Positions 35,686 through 46,300 of a DNA stretch of 64,000 nucleotides are shown piece after piece. Below the pieces are notes generated by a model. It did not search any database. It saw nothing but the letters and a program-made list of their open reading frames with translations, and was not told where the DNA came from. The position numbers and the translations under genes were made by a program. Location: the sequence record MH221129.1; one strand, given 5' to 3'. The number at the start of each line of letters is the position of its first letter. The stretch's first letter is position 1.

Positions 35686-37161
35686 TTAAACGCGATGAGG
35701 AACATTAATGATGATGCCACCACAAATCCAGTTCAGGACGTAGTTGATCATCCAGTCAGTTGCTACTGTTGCCGGGTCAAGGTTTTTCAACATGCCTTCG
35801 TGAACGGCCAGCATCAGGTTGCTGAGGTCGTATTCAGCGAACACCTCGCCGCACGCGGTACGAATAACAAAGGCAGTGATGTCGGTCGTTGCGTTACCGA
35901 ACAGGTGGTCAATTGCTGAGGCTACACCCAATTTGACTTCCGCTGGAGAACGCAGATTACCTTCAGGGAAACCGTGCAGGTATTCCGGATCGAGGGTGTC
36001 GATAGCAACGTTAAACGCTTGTTTCAGTGACTGACGGTTGCGAGTCAACCAGTCGTCATCGAGTTTAGCACGTTGGATAGCAGAACGACGTGACCAAGCA
36101 GCCATGTAATCTTTCTGATTTTCCAGCAAGGTGGCGACACGGGTAGAAGCATTGGCATCGCCGTCGTCAATCAGATAGATGGCACCCAGCAGCGCTTCAA
36201 CGCTACCGCCTTTTTCCAGGTAGTCGTTCATTACATCCTGGCAAATATAGACGCGTTTCGCTTCGCCGTCGTAGCCAAAGACGATGTTACCAGTTTTGAT
36301 ACGGGTAACAATTTGCTGCGTGTACGCATACACCCAACCAACGTAGCTGTAGTGAAGAGGCAGCATCTCACCTTTCCACTGCGCAGAACCCAGACCAGAG
36401 TCTTTCCACGGCACTTCAACGTAGAAGCCAGACAGCAGCATGAAGAGAATGTTTTTCTTCAGGTTGTGCGGAGCCTGATCGGAGATGGGTGACAACATGT
36501 TGCCTTCCAGCATCGTGCGGACAGCTTCATTGATGTTCCATCCCAGATCGTTCAGCAGCGTCCGTACCAGGTCATCGTACCCTTTCGTGCCCGTTTCAGG
36601 CACTTCGATATCTGCTGGCACGTTGGCTTTTACTGCAGCGTGTGTGGTACCGTTACCCAGCGGGTTTTGAACGGAGTCAATCAGCGCCTGTACTACCGGT
36701 GAGTTCAGAGCGTCGTCCATTCCGACCGGAACCAATGCCCAGTCTTCACAGACGGCCTGGTTGTCTGCAGCCTGGTTGTTTTGAATAACCAGCTGAACGA
36801 ACGGCTGAATCACGTTACGGGAGAAATCCAACATCCCCTGACAACGCAGAATGGCCATACGTTTCAGTTCGTACAGAGTCGGTTCGTGGTCTTCCACGTT
36901 TAATGCTTCTGCACCGGCCGCGGTGTCAACCACAACAGAGGCTTCGCCCGTGCCCGCTTGCGGGGTTTTCAGCGCAGTGATATCCGGCAGCGATTGGAAG
37001 AACTGCTCGTCAGTCATTTCCGTGCCGAATACGCTGTGTTGGTTTGTGGCTTTCGTCAGCAGACCAACCGGAGAGTCTTCGTCGTTTTCCAGACGCACCT
37101 GGCTCTGCTTACAGAGTTTCATGGCGTTGGTAACGGCGTTGAGTGAATATAAGTTGATCAT
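35686..37161 (-). CDS. Virion (head) protein (491 aa)
   Basis: Long ORF in head/vRNAP module; inference. Confidence 0.65.
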   Translation of the reverse strand: MINLYSLNAVTNAMKLCKQSQVRLENDEDSPVGLLTKATNQHSVFGTEMTDEQFFQSLPDITALKTPQAGTGEASVVVDTAAGAEALNVEDHEPTLYELKRMAILRCQGMLDFSRNVIQPFVQLVIQNNQAADNQAVCEDWALVPVGMDDALNSPVVQALIDSVQNPLGNGTTHAAVKANVPADIEVPETGTKGYDDLVRTLLNDLGWNINEAVRTMLEGNMLSPISDQAPHNLKKNILFMLLSGFYVEVPWKDSGLGSAQWKGEMLPLHYSYVGWVYAYTQQIVTRIKTGNIVFGYDGEAKRVYICQDVMNDYLEKGGSVEALLGAIYLIDDGDANASTRVATLLENQKDYMAAWSRRSAIQRAKLDDDWLTRNRQSLKQAFNVAIDTLDPEYLHGFPEGNLRSPAEVKLGVASAIDHLFGNATTDITAFVIRTACGEVFAEYDLSNLMLAVHEGMLKNLDPATVATDWMINYVLNWICGGIIINVPHRV

Positions 37162-37451
37162 TCCTGACCCCCCTGTTCGGTGCTAATAGCTTCCTGAATA
37201 CGGCTGGTGATACGAGCACCGACCATGTCTGCGATATCACGTTTCAGTAAACGTTGATCGCCCACGCGGTCAGTTAGACCGTTGCCACCTTTCAGCAGAC
37301 CGTGGATTACTTCGGTTGCGACTTCAACCGCGTTACCAAGAATGACAAAGTTCATTCGTTGCTGCGGCGAGTAGCCTTCCGTTTCCTGGTTGGTGCTATT
37401 GCGGCCAACCGGAATCCCGTGCTGCTGCTTGAGCGTATCTAAAATACCCAT
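37158..37451 (-). CDS. Small virion-module protein (97 aa)
   Basis: ATGA overlap with the downstream gene. Confidence 0.7.
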   Translation of the reverse strand: MGILDTLKQQHGIPVGRNSTNQETEGYSPQQRMNFVILGNAVEVATEVIHGLLKGGNGLTDRVGDQRLLKRDIADMVGARITSRIQEAISTEQGGQE

Positions 37452-37499
37452 TATTAACTCCGGAGTTTAGTGTTCCAGGCGGGAGCGACCCGCCTTACG

Positions 37500-40400
37500 T
37501 TAGTTAATTTTAGCCGGCAAGGCTGGGACGTTTTCGCCGTCCAAGATGCGCCCGATTTGAACCCCACCTTGCATACCGGCGGCATTCGATGTCCCGATAC
37601 GCATGATAGAACCAACGATACGTGCATCCACTGAGTCACGACCAAAGATAATGTCGAGAGGTTCACCGTTTTCGGTTTTGTTAACCCCATACATCACCTC
37701 TTGTACAGTCGTTTTCAGCTGGTTTGCGATAACCATCTTATCCGCTGCAGCCATTTCCACCCGGTGTGTGATGTAGAATCGAACACACAAGCTGTTGTAC
37801 GCTAACGGCACCCCTTCAACGCGGAAGTCGCCATTGACACTACCTGATTGCGGGTCACCACGATTAACCGCCAAGGCAGCCTTCCGACGGATGCGGTCGT
37901 ATTTACGAACCATCTCAGCCAGAGTCGGCGTCATGTCCTCGGTATCGCCGTGATAAACCACTTCAATCTTGTCAATGACACCACGTACCCCTGAACGCGG
38001 AGCAAACGAACTCAGCTCCTGCAAGGTTGCAGCCGCTTCTTTACTGAACCCACTCATATCGCCAGTCAGGTTGTCGGTGAAGGTGCATAGAATTGAATCC
38101 ACATCTACGTGGTCTCCTTCTTTCACCATCTCCAGCAAGTTCTGCGTAAACGTCATAGTGACTTCTTTGAGTTTGGTAACATCCGCCTCTGCCTTAGCAG
38201 CGAACCGCTCGCTAATGGCGTTGGAGTCTTCAATTACCTCTTCCCCTTCAATCAAGGCGACGGTTGCAAGAATGCCGTTTTTCCAGCTGACTTGTGTTGG
38301 GTCGTAAATGTCCGGTTCAAAGTGTTGGTCGTTGTAGGTGATGACCGCGCCCGCAGGCAGTTTATCACCTGCCTTCCAACGGGTAGTCAGGGTATGCGGA
38401 TAGTAGGTTCCTTCGTGAGCGCCGAACCAGCGCCCCAGCGGGAATGCTTCCTCTTCTCCGTCCTCGTATTTGATTTTGATGTGGTCGTTAGAGATTTCGG
38501 TAATCTTGCCAGCTTTGTCAATCACACGTGCGTGTTTTACCGACGTACGGTGTGCGACGAGTTTCTCCTGTTCTGTACGGTACGGAGTGGTGGTTGCTCC
38601 GATGCACGAAGTTGCTGACCCCATCTGAATCCCAACGAAGTTCTGACGCTTGGCGTCATCCATCAGAGTGTCGGGTACCAGCCCATCGATAAACGACAGA
38701 GCTTCCCCAGCTTTCAGGTTGTTGAGGTCTTTCTTAAAGGTGGTGCCGTCGACGGTATCGTAACGTGGGTTATTAACTGCAAAAGCTGTAATACCCACAT
38801 CACCGTTATCAACCGTGTTACCCGAAACAATGCCCAGGTCAGATGGTTGGAATTCACGGGTGTGATAAACCATCGTCTTACGGTTACGACCGCCGGTACC
38901 ACCCATCGTGATAACGTCTTTCTCTTTGATGCTCTGGATCGGGTTCGCACCAGGAGCCAGCAGCACAGATGGGTCAGAGTTGATTGCACCCCAGACCATG
39001 TCCTGGGTCAACTCAAACTTACGGTTGCTGTTCGGTGCGTTGTTGTAGTTACGCATCGCACGCACCATCGCGGTGTAGATGTGATACGCAATACGTTGGT
39101 TCCCGATGAACATCATTTCGTCACCGTTAATTTCCGGTAACGTGTGGTCAATCTGCAGCAGTTCGTTGGAACGCTCCAGTAAGCCAATGAAGGTTTCCGG
39201 TTCGCCCATCTTCCTGAGGATACGTGCGTGCATGTCATCAACAAACGCGGACCGCATTTGCTTCAGCTCTTTGAGGTAACGTGGCGTTAAACCATCTGCA
39301 TCACGAATCAGGTTCAGGTAGATGTCTTCACGGTCGACTTCCGACTCGGTATAGACAGTAAAGTGTTTGATGTAACGGTCGAGGCCATTCACAATCATGC
39401 GCTGTTCGTCGTTCTCACAGACAATCACAATCTTCGCGTCCTGGAGACGGATGATCTGGTCATACTGCGATTTGTCGACACGCTGCCCGACAGGAATGAT
39501 TTCGTAACCGATGTTAAAGTTCTTCAACATCCCGGTTAGCCCGAGGTAGTAGGAGAACACAAAGCCCAGAGACAACGATTTACCCATCAGGGATAGTTCG
39601 GTCATCTCTCGTGGAGCCTTGGAGATATCAACCCCCAGAATCTCCGCCAACGTACCCAGTGGTTCGGTTTTATCCTTATCCACACGGTACACTTGTGATT
39701 TGGTATCCATGGCCAGAATGACAGTGCTTCTAGGTTTCTTCGCCACCGGTACCAGCTCAACGCGGTCCGCGTCTGCCAGTTGCCCTTCGTTGAAGAACTC
39801 ACCTTTCTGCTTAATGTCAAAGCACCATTGATAACCAATCGCATTGAACGACGCCACACGGCGTGCTACTTCGGTATATTGACGTGGCAGTTTCGCTAAC
39901 GGGTCGAACACGTTGGCCAGTTTGGCATCGGTCACCTCGGTATTTTTCGGGTCAACTGCACGTGTGATGATAGCGTTAGTTAACCAGCGACCGTAATCAT
40001 TTACAACTTTGTCGCTACGACGAACAAAGTTTTTACCGTACGCAGTGGTCAAAGCGACAGTGTCGTAATCGACCTTACGAATCGGCTTATCGACGCGTTG
40101 ACGACGCATTGTGTATTCCACACCATTCGCTACCCAGGTACCGTCTTCGGTCAGAGCAGGAATAGAGAAACGCACGGTGGTCGGCTCACCGCCAATAGGT
40201 TGAACCCGCAGGGTATGGTGTTCCACATTACCGGTCACCGAGACTTCTTTCTCAACAGTGTGGTTGTGGACAGCGATACCCAGACGCTGCGTAGAAGCAA
40301 CAGCTGCCAGTACGTCTTTCGGGAACATGGTTTTGTTGTACTGCTTGATAATCTGGTCAGTGGTGTTCTCGGTCCACGATTCGTCAGTTACCAGGCGTTG

Positions 40401-41672
40401 GATTTTCTTCGGTTCGGCTTTGATTTCGATGTCTTTCTTCACATCGACAGTCAATGCTTCGCCGTACGTCTCTTTTGGATTGTACGGGTTAGGCAGATTT
40501 ACAAAGCGCTTCGATGAATCGTTCAGGAACTGGTAGGCTTTCGCGGTGACACGACCTGCCTCAGCTAAACGTTCCACCTCCTGTTTGATGATGGCGTCGT
40601 GCGGAATCGTTTGCTCGACCACAATCGTCGTCGGCTTAACATCTTCCTTCGCCTGCTCAATAACCAAGTCTTCCTTCTCATCGAAGTTGTCATCCGGTAT
40701 ATCGGCAGGATTAGTAACGTCGTCTTCGTCGTCGACCACATCAACAGTATCTTCTGGCTCACGATCGTGAATGATAACCTTCTCTTCCCCCTCAGGGGTC
40801 AAGAATTCAGAATCGTACTCGTCAGACGGTGGCGTGGTCATCACGGTGGTCAACGTACGGTAGAACATGCGGCTCATCTGGTCATCGGTCAAACGACCGC
40901 CAGAGGATTTACGCATACGCTCGACCACACCCATGTTCATCGACGTAAAGCCGCTGTTGTGCACGAAGATAAAGTTCATGCGAGACAGCTGGGTTAAATC
41001 CATACCGTCGAACAGAGAGTCTTTCTGATGGCCATAAGCCCAGGCAAAGATCTCCAGCAGCCACAACAGGTTAAAGTCGCGGAAACGCTCCAATTTAGTT
41101 TTTACACGGTCCTGGAACGTGTTCTTAAACTTGTCGTACGCCGGTAACGTTGAGCCCAGTTCGATGATGTAATAGTTTTGACGCAGGTATTCCTTCGTGT
41201 CGTACTTCATCTGGTTGGTCATCGTCACCATGATGTTACGCAGACGATCGTACCAAGCCAATTGGGTATCAGGGTAGAAATAGTGCGACAACATCGGCGT
41301 GTAGTTTTCGATGAGCAGCACTTTCAAATCGCTACGAATCGAATCGTCGGTGTTCATGCGACGAATACGGCGGTTCTCACGATGGTATTGGAAAATCTGA
41401 CGTTCCTGGCCCTGTACTGGTTTGTTACGTGGGTGACCGGAGATACCGTCTTCCGGCAGTTTGAAGTGGTGGCGAATCTGCGCTGGCTTTTCCAGCTCCC
41501 CGAAGAAGGGAGTGGTCACTGGCGGTGCCAACACGACCTGGTCTAAATCGACCGTATGGTATACAGATCCGCGTGGAACCTGTAGCTTCTCCAGTGGAAT
41601 GATTCGGGGCGTGCCGAATTCATTCGTTTTGCGCACGGAGAAGCGCTGGTTAAACTGTTTAATCAGTAACAT
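37500..41672 (-). CDS. Virion RNA polymerase beta subunit (phiKZ gp178-like)
   Basis: 1390 aa with RpoB-like motifs (WVANGVEY..RRQR, MDDAKRQNFVGIQM, EDS..IS, D.MVIANQLK). Confidence 0.88.
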   Translation of the reverse strand: MLLIKQFNQRFSVRKTNEFGTPRIIPLEKLQVPRGSVYHTVDLDQVVLAPPVTTPFFGELEKPAQIRHHFKLPEDGISGHPRNKPVQGQERQIFQYHRENRRIRRMNTDDSIRSDLKVLLIENYTPMLSHYFYPDTQLAWYDRLRNIMVTMTNQMKYDTKEYLRQNYYIIELGSTLPAYDKFKNTFQDRVKTKLERFRDFNLLWLLEIFAWAYGHQKDSLFDGMDLTQLSRMNFIFVHNSGFTSMNMGVVERMRKSSGGRLTDDQMSRMFYRTLTTVMTTPPSDEYDSEFLTPEGEEKVIIHDREPEDTVDVVDDEDDVTNPADIPDDNFDEKEDLVIEQAKEDVKPTTIVVEQTIPHDAIIKQEVERLAEAGRVTAKAYQFLNDSSKRFVNLPNPYNPKETYGEALTVDVKKDIEIKAEPKKIQRLVTDESWTENTTDQIIKQYNKTMFPKDVLAAVASTQRLGIAVHNHTVEKEVSVTGNVEHHTLRVQPIGGEPTTVRFSIPALTEDGTWVANGVEYTMRRQRVDKPIRKVDYDTVALTTAYGKNFVRRSDKVVNDYGRWLTNAIITRAVDPKNTEVTDAKLANVFDPLAKLPRQYTEVARRVASFNAIGYQWCFDIKQKGEFFNEGQLADADRVELVPVAKKPRSTVILAMDTKSQVYRVDKDKTEPLGTLAEILGVDISKAPREMTELSLMGKSLSLGFVFSYYLGLTGMLKNFNIGYEIIPVGQRVDKSQYDQIIRLQDAKIVIVCENDEQRMIVNGLDRYIKHFTVYTESEVDREDIYLNLIRDADGLTPRYLKELKQMRSAFVDDMHARILRKMGEPETFIGLLERSNELLQIDHTLPEINGDEMMFIGNQRIAYHIYTAMVRAMRNYNNAPNSNRKFELTQDMVWGAINSDPSVLLAPGANPIQSIKEKDVITMGGTGGRNRKTMVYHTREFQPSDLGIVSGNTVDNGDVGITAFAVNNPRYDTVDGTTFKKDLNNLKAGEALSFIDGLVPDTLMDDAKRQNFVGIQMGSATSCIGATTTPYRTEQEKLVAHRTSVKHARVIDKAGKITEISNDHIKIKYEDGEEEAFPLGRWFGAHEGTYYPHTLTTRWKAGDKLPAGAVITYNDQHFEPDIYDPTQVSWKNGILATVALIEGEEVIEDSNAISERFAAKAEADVTKLKEVTMTFTQNLLEMVKEGDHVDVDSILCTFTDNLTGDMSGFSKEAAATLQELSSFAPRSGVRGVIDKIEVVYHGDTEDMTPTLAEMVRKYDRIRRKAALAVNRGDPQSGSVNGDFRVEGVPLAYNSLCVRFYITHRVEMAAADKMVIANQLKTTVQEVMYGVNKTENGEPLDIIFGRDSVDARIVGSIMRIGTSNAAGMQGGVQIGRILDGENVPALPAKIN

Positions 41673-41690
41673 ACATGAGCCTTATGAGAG

Positions 41691-43304
41691 TCATTTCAAC
41701 AGGGCTGCGACAGCACGCTTAATCACGTTGTTCACCGGGTTAACCTTGAACTTTTTATCTGTCGAGAACCAGTAGTTTTTCGAATTGACCCACTTCCGAT
41801 TTTCCTCGAGGGCTTCCGTCGACATCGGGCTGTTCGCCGAGCCGGTATCGCCATCGTAGTCGCCACCCAGCCCACCTAGTCGGGATGGGTGTGGTGCCAT
41901 GGATTCCACAAAGGTCTTCACGTTGCGGTCAGGGAAGCTGATTGCACCCTTCGGTTTCGTGGTAGTCCAGTCATCTTCTAACTCGTGTAAGTATAAAGAA
42001 GATGTGGTGGTCTCCAATCTTATGGTCGAGGAGTAAGTCGATCCACGACCCGTTACAGGATAACGGGTAATGAAAGAGAAGTAGTCATTCCAGATATCGT
42101 ATCCGGACAAATAGAGCAATTCCGCCAAACTCAGTCCGCGGACGAGTGAACGGTCTTTGTCTTTCGGCAAGTCTTCAATGTCAAAGAAGACCTTGAAGGT
42201 TGTCTTGTCCTGATAAATCAATGCCACGTAATGGTTGGAGTCAATCATCAGAGGCCGATGGCGAAGCTCGCGAGCTTCCATGCGGTTGATGAGGGTCTCA
42301 ATGCCATCGTCGGTTGTAAACAGGTCGTAGACCCGACCCGACACTTCCAGGAACTCACGCTTGAGTGTCTTGGTGTTCACGCCATACAAGTTGCCATCCC
42401 CTGCGCGGATGTTACTGAGGTAACGCTCGCGGATATGGTACTGCGCCACAGGCAGCAGTGCTTTCAGAGTTTGGAATAACCCGATGCGGGTGTCGGTCGG
42501 TCGGACAGCGTCTTCGCGTCCCATGACCTTAGAACCGGTGGAGAAAGACGACAGTACGTTACGTGTACCGTTCATCAGTTTACGTGACGTTACCTTACGG
42601 CGGGCAAAGCCACCTTTCCCGTCCTGGATGTTAAAGAAGTACATCCAAATGTCGTTAAAGGTTTGCTGGAGTTTCCAGCGTACCGGGTCAGTCAGTTCCG
42701 TTCGCGCATTGCGGTCGGGGATTGCACGGGCCAGAGAGATAAGCCGGCGGTATAAACCCCCGATATCTTCTTCCTGGTCACGACCATCCTGACGAATGAC
42801 CAAATCACGTAACCCCGCAGGCAGAATCAGCACATAGCGGCTGAGGCTGACCGGACGGAACTTATTGAAGAAATCCACTGTCTCGTCACGACGCATCGAT
42901 TCGTTGCGCCCCGGCGTCAGTTGCTCGTAGTAGCGTAAGAAGAAGTTGAAGCCGGTGTCTGCACCTTTATCACTGGGCAGCGCTGGCTCAAAATCTTTTT
43001 CTTTTTCATTCCAGATAGCAAAACGCTTCCCGGAACAGATTTCTTCGTACAGCTGTTTCAATTGGAACAACGCCAGACACACCGTAGGAGAGATGATGTC
43101 CAGTTTGATGTCTACGTACGAGAACGTATTGTCTCGTGCTTCGCTCCCAGTCAGGCCGAAGATTTCAGTTGAGTACAGTCCTTCAGGGTGAAAGTTTTTC
43201 GTCATTCCCAAGAAGGTGTCGGTCGTCGTTACTGGTTTTAATTGCGACACCAGGGACTTGTTGACGTTTAACAAATAAAAGTCAACCCAGTTTAGCTTTC
43301 TCAC
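41691..43304 (-). CDS. Virion RNA polymerase beta' subunit with catalytic loop (phiKZ gp180-like)
   Basis: GGDYDGD (DxDGD) motif, ILPAGLRD, RYPV. Confidence 0.9.
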   Translation of the reverse strand: MRKLNWVDFYLLNVNKSLVSQLKPVTTTDTFLGMTKNFHPEGLYSTEIFGLTGSEARDNTFSYVDIKLDIISPTVCLALFQLKQLYEEICSGKRFAIWNEKEKDFEPALPSDKGADTGFNFFLRYYEQLTPGRNESMRRDETVDFFNKFRPVSLSRYVLILPAGLRDLVIRQDGRDQEEDIGGLYRRLISLARAIPDRNARTELTDPVRWKLQQTFNDIWMYFFNIQDGKGGFARRKVTSRKLMNGTRNVLSSFSTGSKVMGREDAVRPTDTRIGLFQTLKALLPVAQYHIRERYLSNIRAGDGNLYGVNTKTLKREFLEVSGRVYDLFTTDDGIETLINRMEARELRHRPLMIDSNHYVALIYQDKTTFKVFFDIEDLPKDKDRSLVRGLSLAELLYLSGYDIWNDYFSFITRYPVTGRGSTYSSTIRLETTTSSLYLHELEDDWTTTKPKGAISFPDRNVKTFVESMAPHPSRLGGLGGDYDGDTGSANSPMSTEALEENRKWVNSKNYWFSTDKKFKVNPVNNVIKRAVAALLK

Positions 43305-43333
43305 TTTTAAGCTCCTGAATTGGAAGAATCATT

Positions 43334-46300
43334 ATGGCAAAAAGAGGCAAAGACGGTTTCGATGATATCGACCTTGATAACCTCGACGATTGGGACGACT
43401 TCGGCGAACCCCCACGTCAGGACGATAAGAAACGAAACCCGATACTTAATACCCTGAGAACTGCCAGGAAGTCTGCACTGTCAACTATCTGGCCGGAAGG
43501 GAAACGCGACCAGGTTATCCTCAAAGGGATGCCTAAACCGGCTACCGATGCCTATGAAGGTTATCAATCGGCCGCTGCCGCAGCGAAGGACATTTACGCC
43601 CATACGAAAGGGGAGCTTGAAAAGACTGAACGTACGCTGAAACAACAGGCACGTCAGCTTGGACCAACAATGCGTAAGTACCTGCCTGATGCAGTGACGA
43701 AGCGTATTGATAAATGGTCGAAGTCCGACGAGCTGCAGTATTCGCAGTACGACCCTAATCAGGCGTTGATGGACCGTGAGCTGAACGAAGTCTTCGCAGG
43801 CAACGATGTTCCGAATTCGCCGGAAGAACAACGCACCATGCAACAGCAGATGACGGAAGACAAACTCCGTGATGCTGTAAAAGACATGAAAGCGGATGCC
43901 ATGCACCAAACGCTCATCGGCATGGCTAAAGATGTCAACCTGCTTACCGGGTTGAACCGTGGGGTCTTCTTAAACATCGAGCGTAAGAAACTCGAATTGC
44001 AATACCGGACGCTGTTCGCATTGCAAGACCTCTCGAAGTTGAAACAAACCGAGTTCGATCGTAACACCCCAGCGCTTGAAGCTATCGTGAAGAACACGGC
44101 ATTGCCGGACTACGCGAAAGAGGACTTCTCCGAAGTGCGTTGGGCCAACGTGAAACGCCAAGCAGCTGAGTGGATGAACCCACTCAAATACGCTGAAGGT
44201 TTCATGGAGATGATTCGCGAAAACACCAAAAAGAAAATCAGTGGTGCGTTCGGCGAAGGTCGCGGCTTACTCGAATCGTTTCTCAGCATGGGTGTCGAAG
44301 ATGACTTCGGCATGGAAGACAGCTCATCCCTGTCGGCTGACAAACGCAAAACAAACGCACGTGGTAAAGCTGTGGGTTGGGGTTCGGGTTTCTTAGCCAA
44401 GAAACTCCTCGGCCCGCAGATTGAGAAACTCCAGAAGTACACTCGTGAGCAGATGGAGAAAAATCCTGAGGTGATGAAGCGCCTACAAAAAGGCAGCTAC
44501 ACGTTTCAGAATCTCTCGTCGCTTTCGAACTCAGCCATCGCCGGTGAAACGGATGGACCGTTGGCTGATTTGTTCCGTGCATTAAACGAACTCGGTATCA
44601 TCACCCCACATGGGCGTGAGAAAGCGTTTCTGGATGAACGCAACGGAGAAACACTCAGCCGTTCTGCCAAGTTCGACCGCAAGGCGTATTTAAGTCTGGT
44701 AGAAGTTATCCCGGCGTGGTTGTCCGAGATTAACAAATCTATCCGGCGTGGCTACGGTGAACACGCTGACCAGGAATACGATATCACTAGCCGTGGTTTC
44801 GTTGACCGTAAAGTGGTCGGTAACCGTATCCGTAAAGCCGTCGCTAACGATGACCAGCGTCTCCGTCTCCAGAAATCCATCAACAGTACGGTGGATTTTG
44901 TTGACAAAGGCAAAGTGTTATCTGCGAAAGACCGTCAGCATCTGGCTGACTATATCGAGTCACGTGCCTCGCAAGGCCGCGCATTCGACGTAGAATCCAT
45001 TCTGAAGGACCCTACGCATTTATCTAGGCATATGCCTACTTCGGCAGCGGAACGCATCCAGGCAGCGTTACAGAGCCATTCTGATAGCCTTACAGGTGGT
45101 TCTGGCGAATTAAGCAATAACATTGCCCACAAAATCGCTACCGTGCAGTCGTCTATCTCGCAACGCCAGGCTTTAATTGACGAAGCGGTGAACATTTACG
45201 GCGAACGCGCATTGCGGGATGCAGGCATCTTTAACTACGACGCGAAGTCTGACACGTTTGGTGTCGACAAAGACTTGTCTGACCCATACACCATGTTTAA
45301 CGACCTGGCGATGGGTAAAACGCGTAGCGGTCGTGCTTTGACGCGTGACCAAGAGATTGCCCGCAAACTGCAAAACGGTTCCGCCTTGGGCGATTACCTG
45401 CGCCGCATGAACCAGGGTGCTTCTGGTGGTGTAGACGACACCTCATTACCTCCCGCGTTACGCGGTGGTGGTAAAGGCAGAGGGATGTCCCCACGTCAGC
45501 TGGCTGCGGTACTTTACGGTGAGACATCCACGAACTTTGTGGAACTGTTGAGCCAGCGTAACCAGCAAGAACCGTCTCAGCTCGGTTCACAAGACCGTGT
45601 AGTCGACGCTATCCGCGAATCGAACAACGCTACATTGATTCAGCAAATCCTCGATCATGTTAAGAGCATGGACGAAGAAGGGATTCTGTTGGCTTCGTTA
45701 AGCGGGGGTTCCGACGCCGGCGGTGATGAAGAGATGGGACCACCGAAACCTGGTGGACGTAAAGGCAAACGCCGTCGTATCATCATCGGTGAAGATGGCT
45801 TAATGCGTCGTTGGGGTGGTGTGCTGTTTGACACCATTGGTGGCGCAGGCCGACTCGCCCGCAAAGGCGTGAAGGGTGCATGGGATAAACTCAATGGGTT
45901 CGGTTCCTGGGCACGTGGCAAAATCAGCGGGATGGGCGGCGGTGAAGGGCCTGGTCTGTTCAGCAAACTCACGGGTTTGATAAGCGGGACTGCAAAAGAC
46001 GCCTTCGACTCGGTTGCTGCGTTTGGTAAAGGCGTGTTGGGGATTCGTGATATCTACGATGAACACGGTAACGTGGTTCTTCAGGGTTCACGTCTCGCGG
46101 CCGGCGAATATTACCAAGTCAGTAGCGGCCAGGGTGGTAAACTCAAGCAGCTGAAATCGCTGGATGATATTCGCTTAGGTCGCGACATCGTCGACGAGTC
46201 AGGCAACCTTATCTTGTCGGCGGCCGATTTAGCCAAAGCTGGTAAGTTGCGTTACTACAAAGGTGGCCGTGTCCAAGCACTCACCGAGGTACTGGCTGGT

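Noticed and set aside
19265-43304. Inteins or introns in terminase and RNA polymerase genes
   Set aside because: ORFs are continuous; no C/S...HN-C/S/T junctions or LAGLIDADG/HNH inserts recognised.
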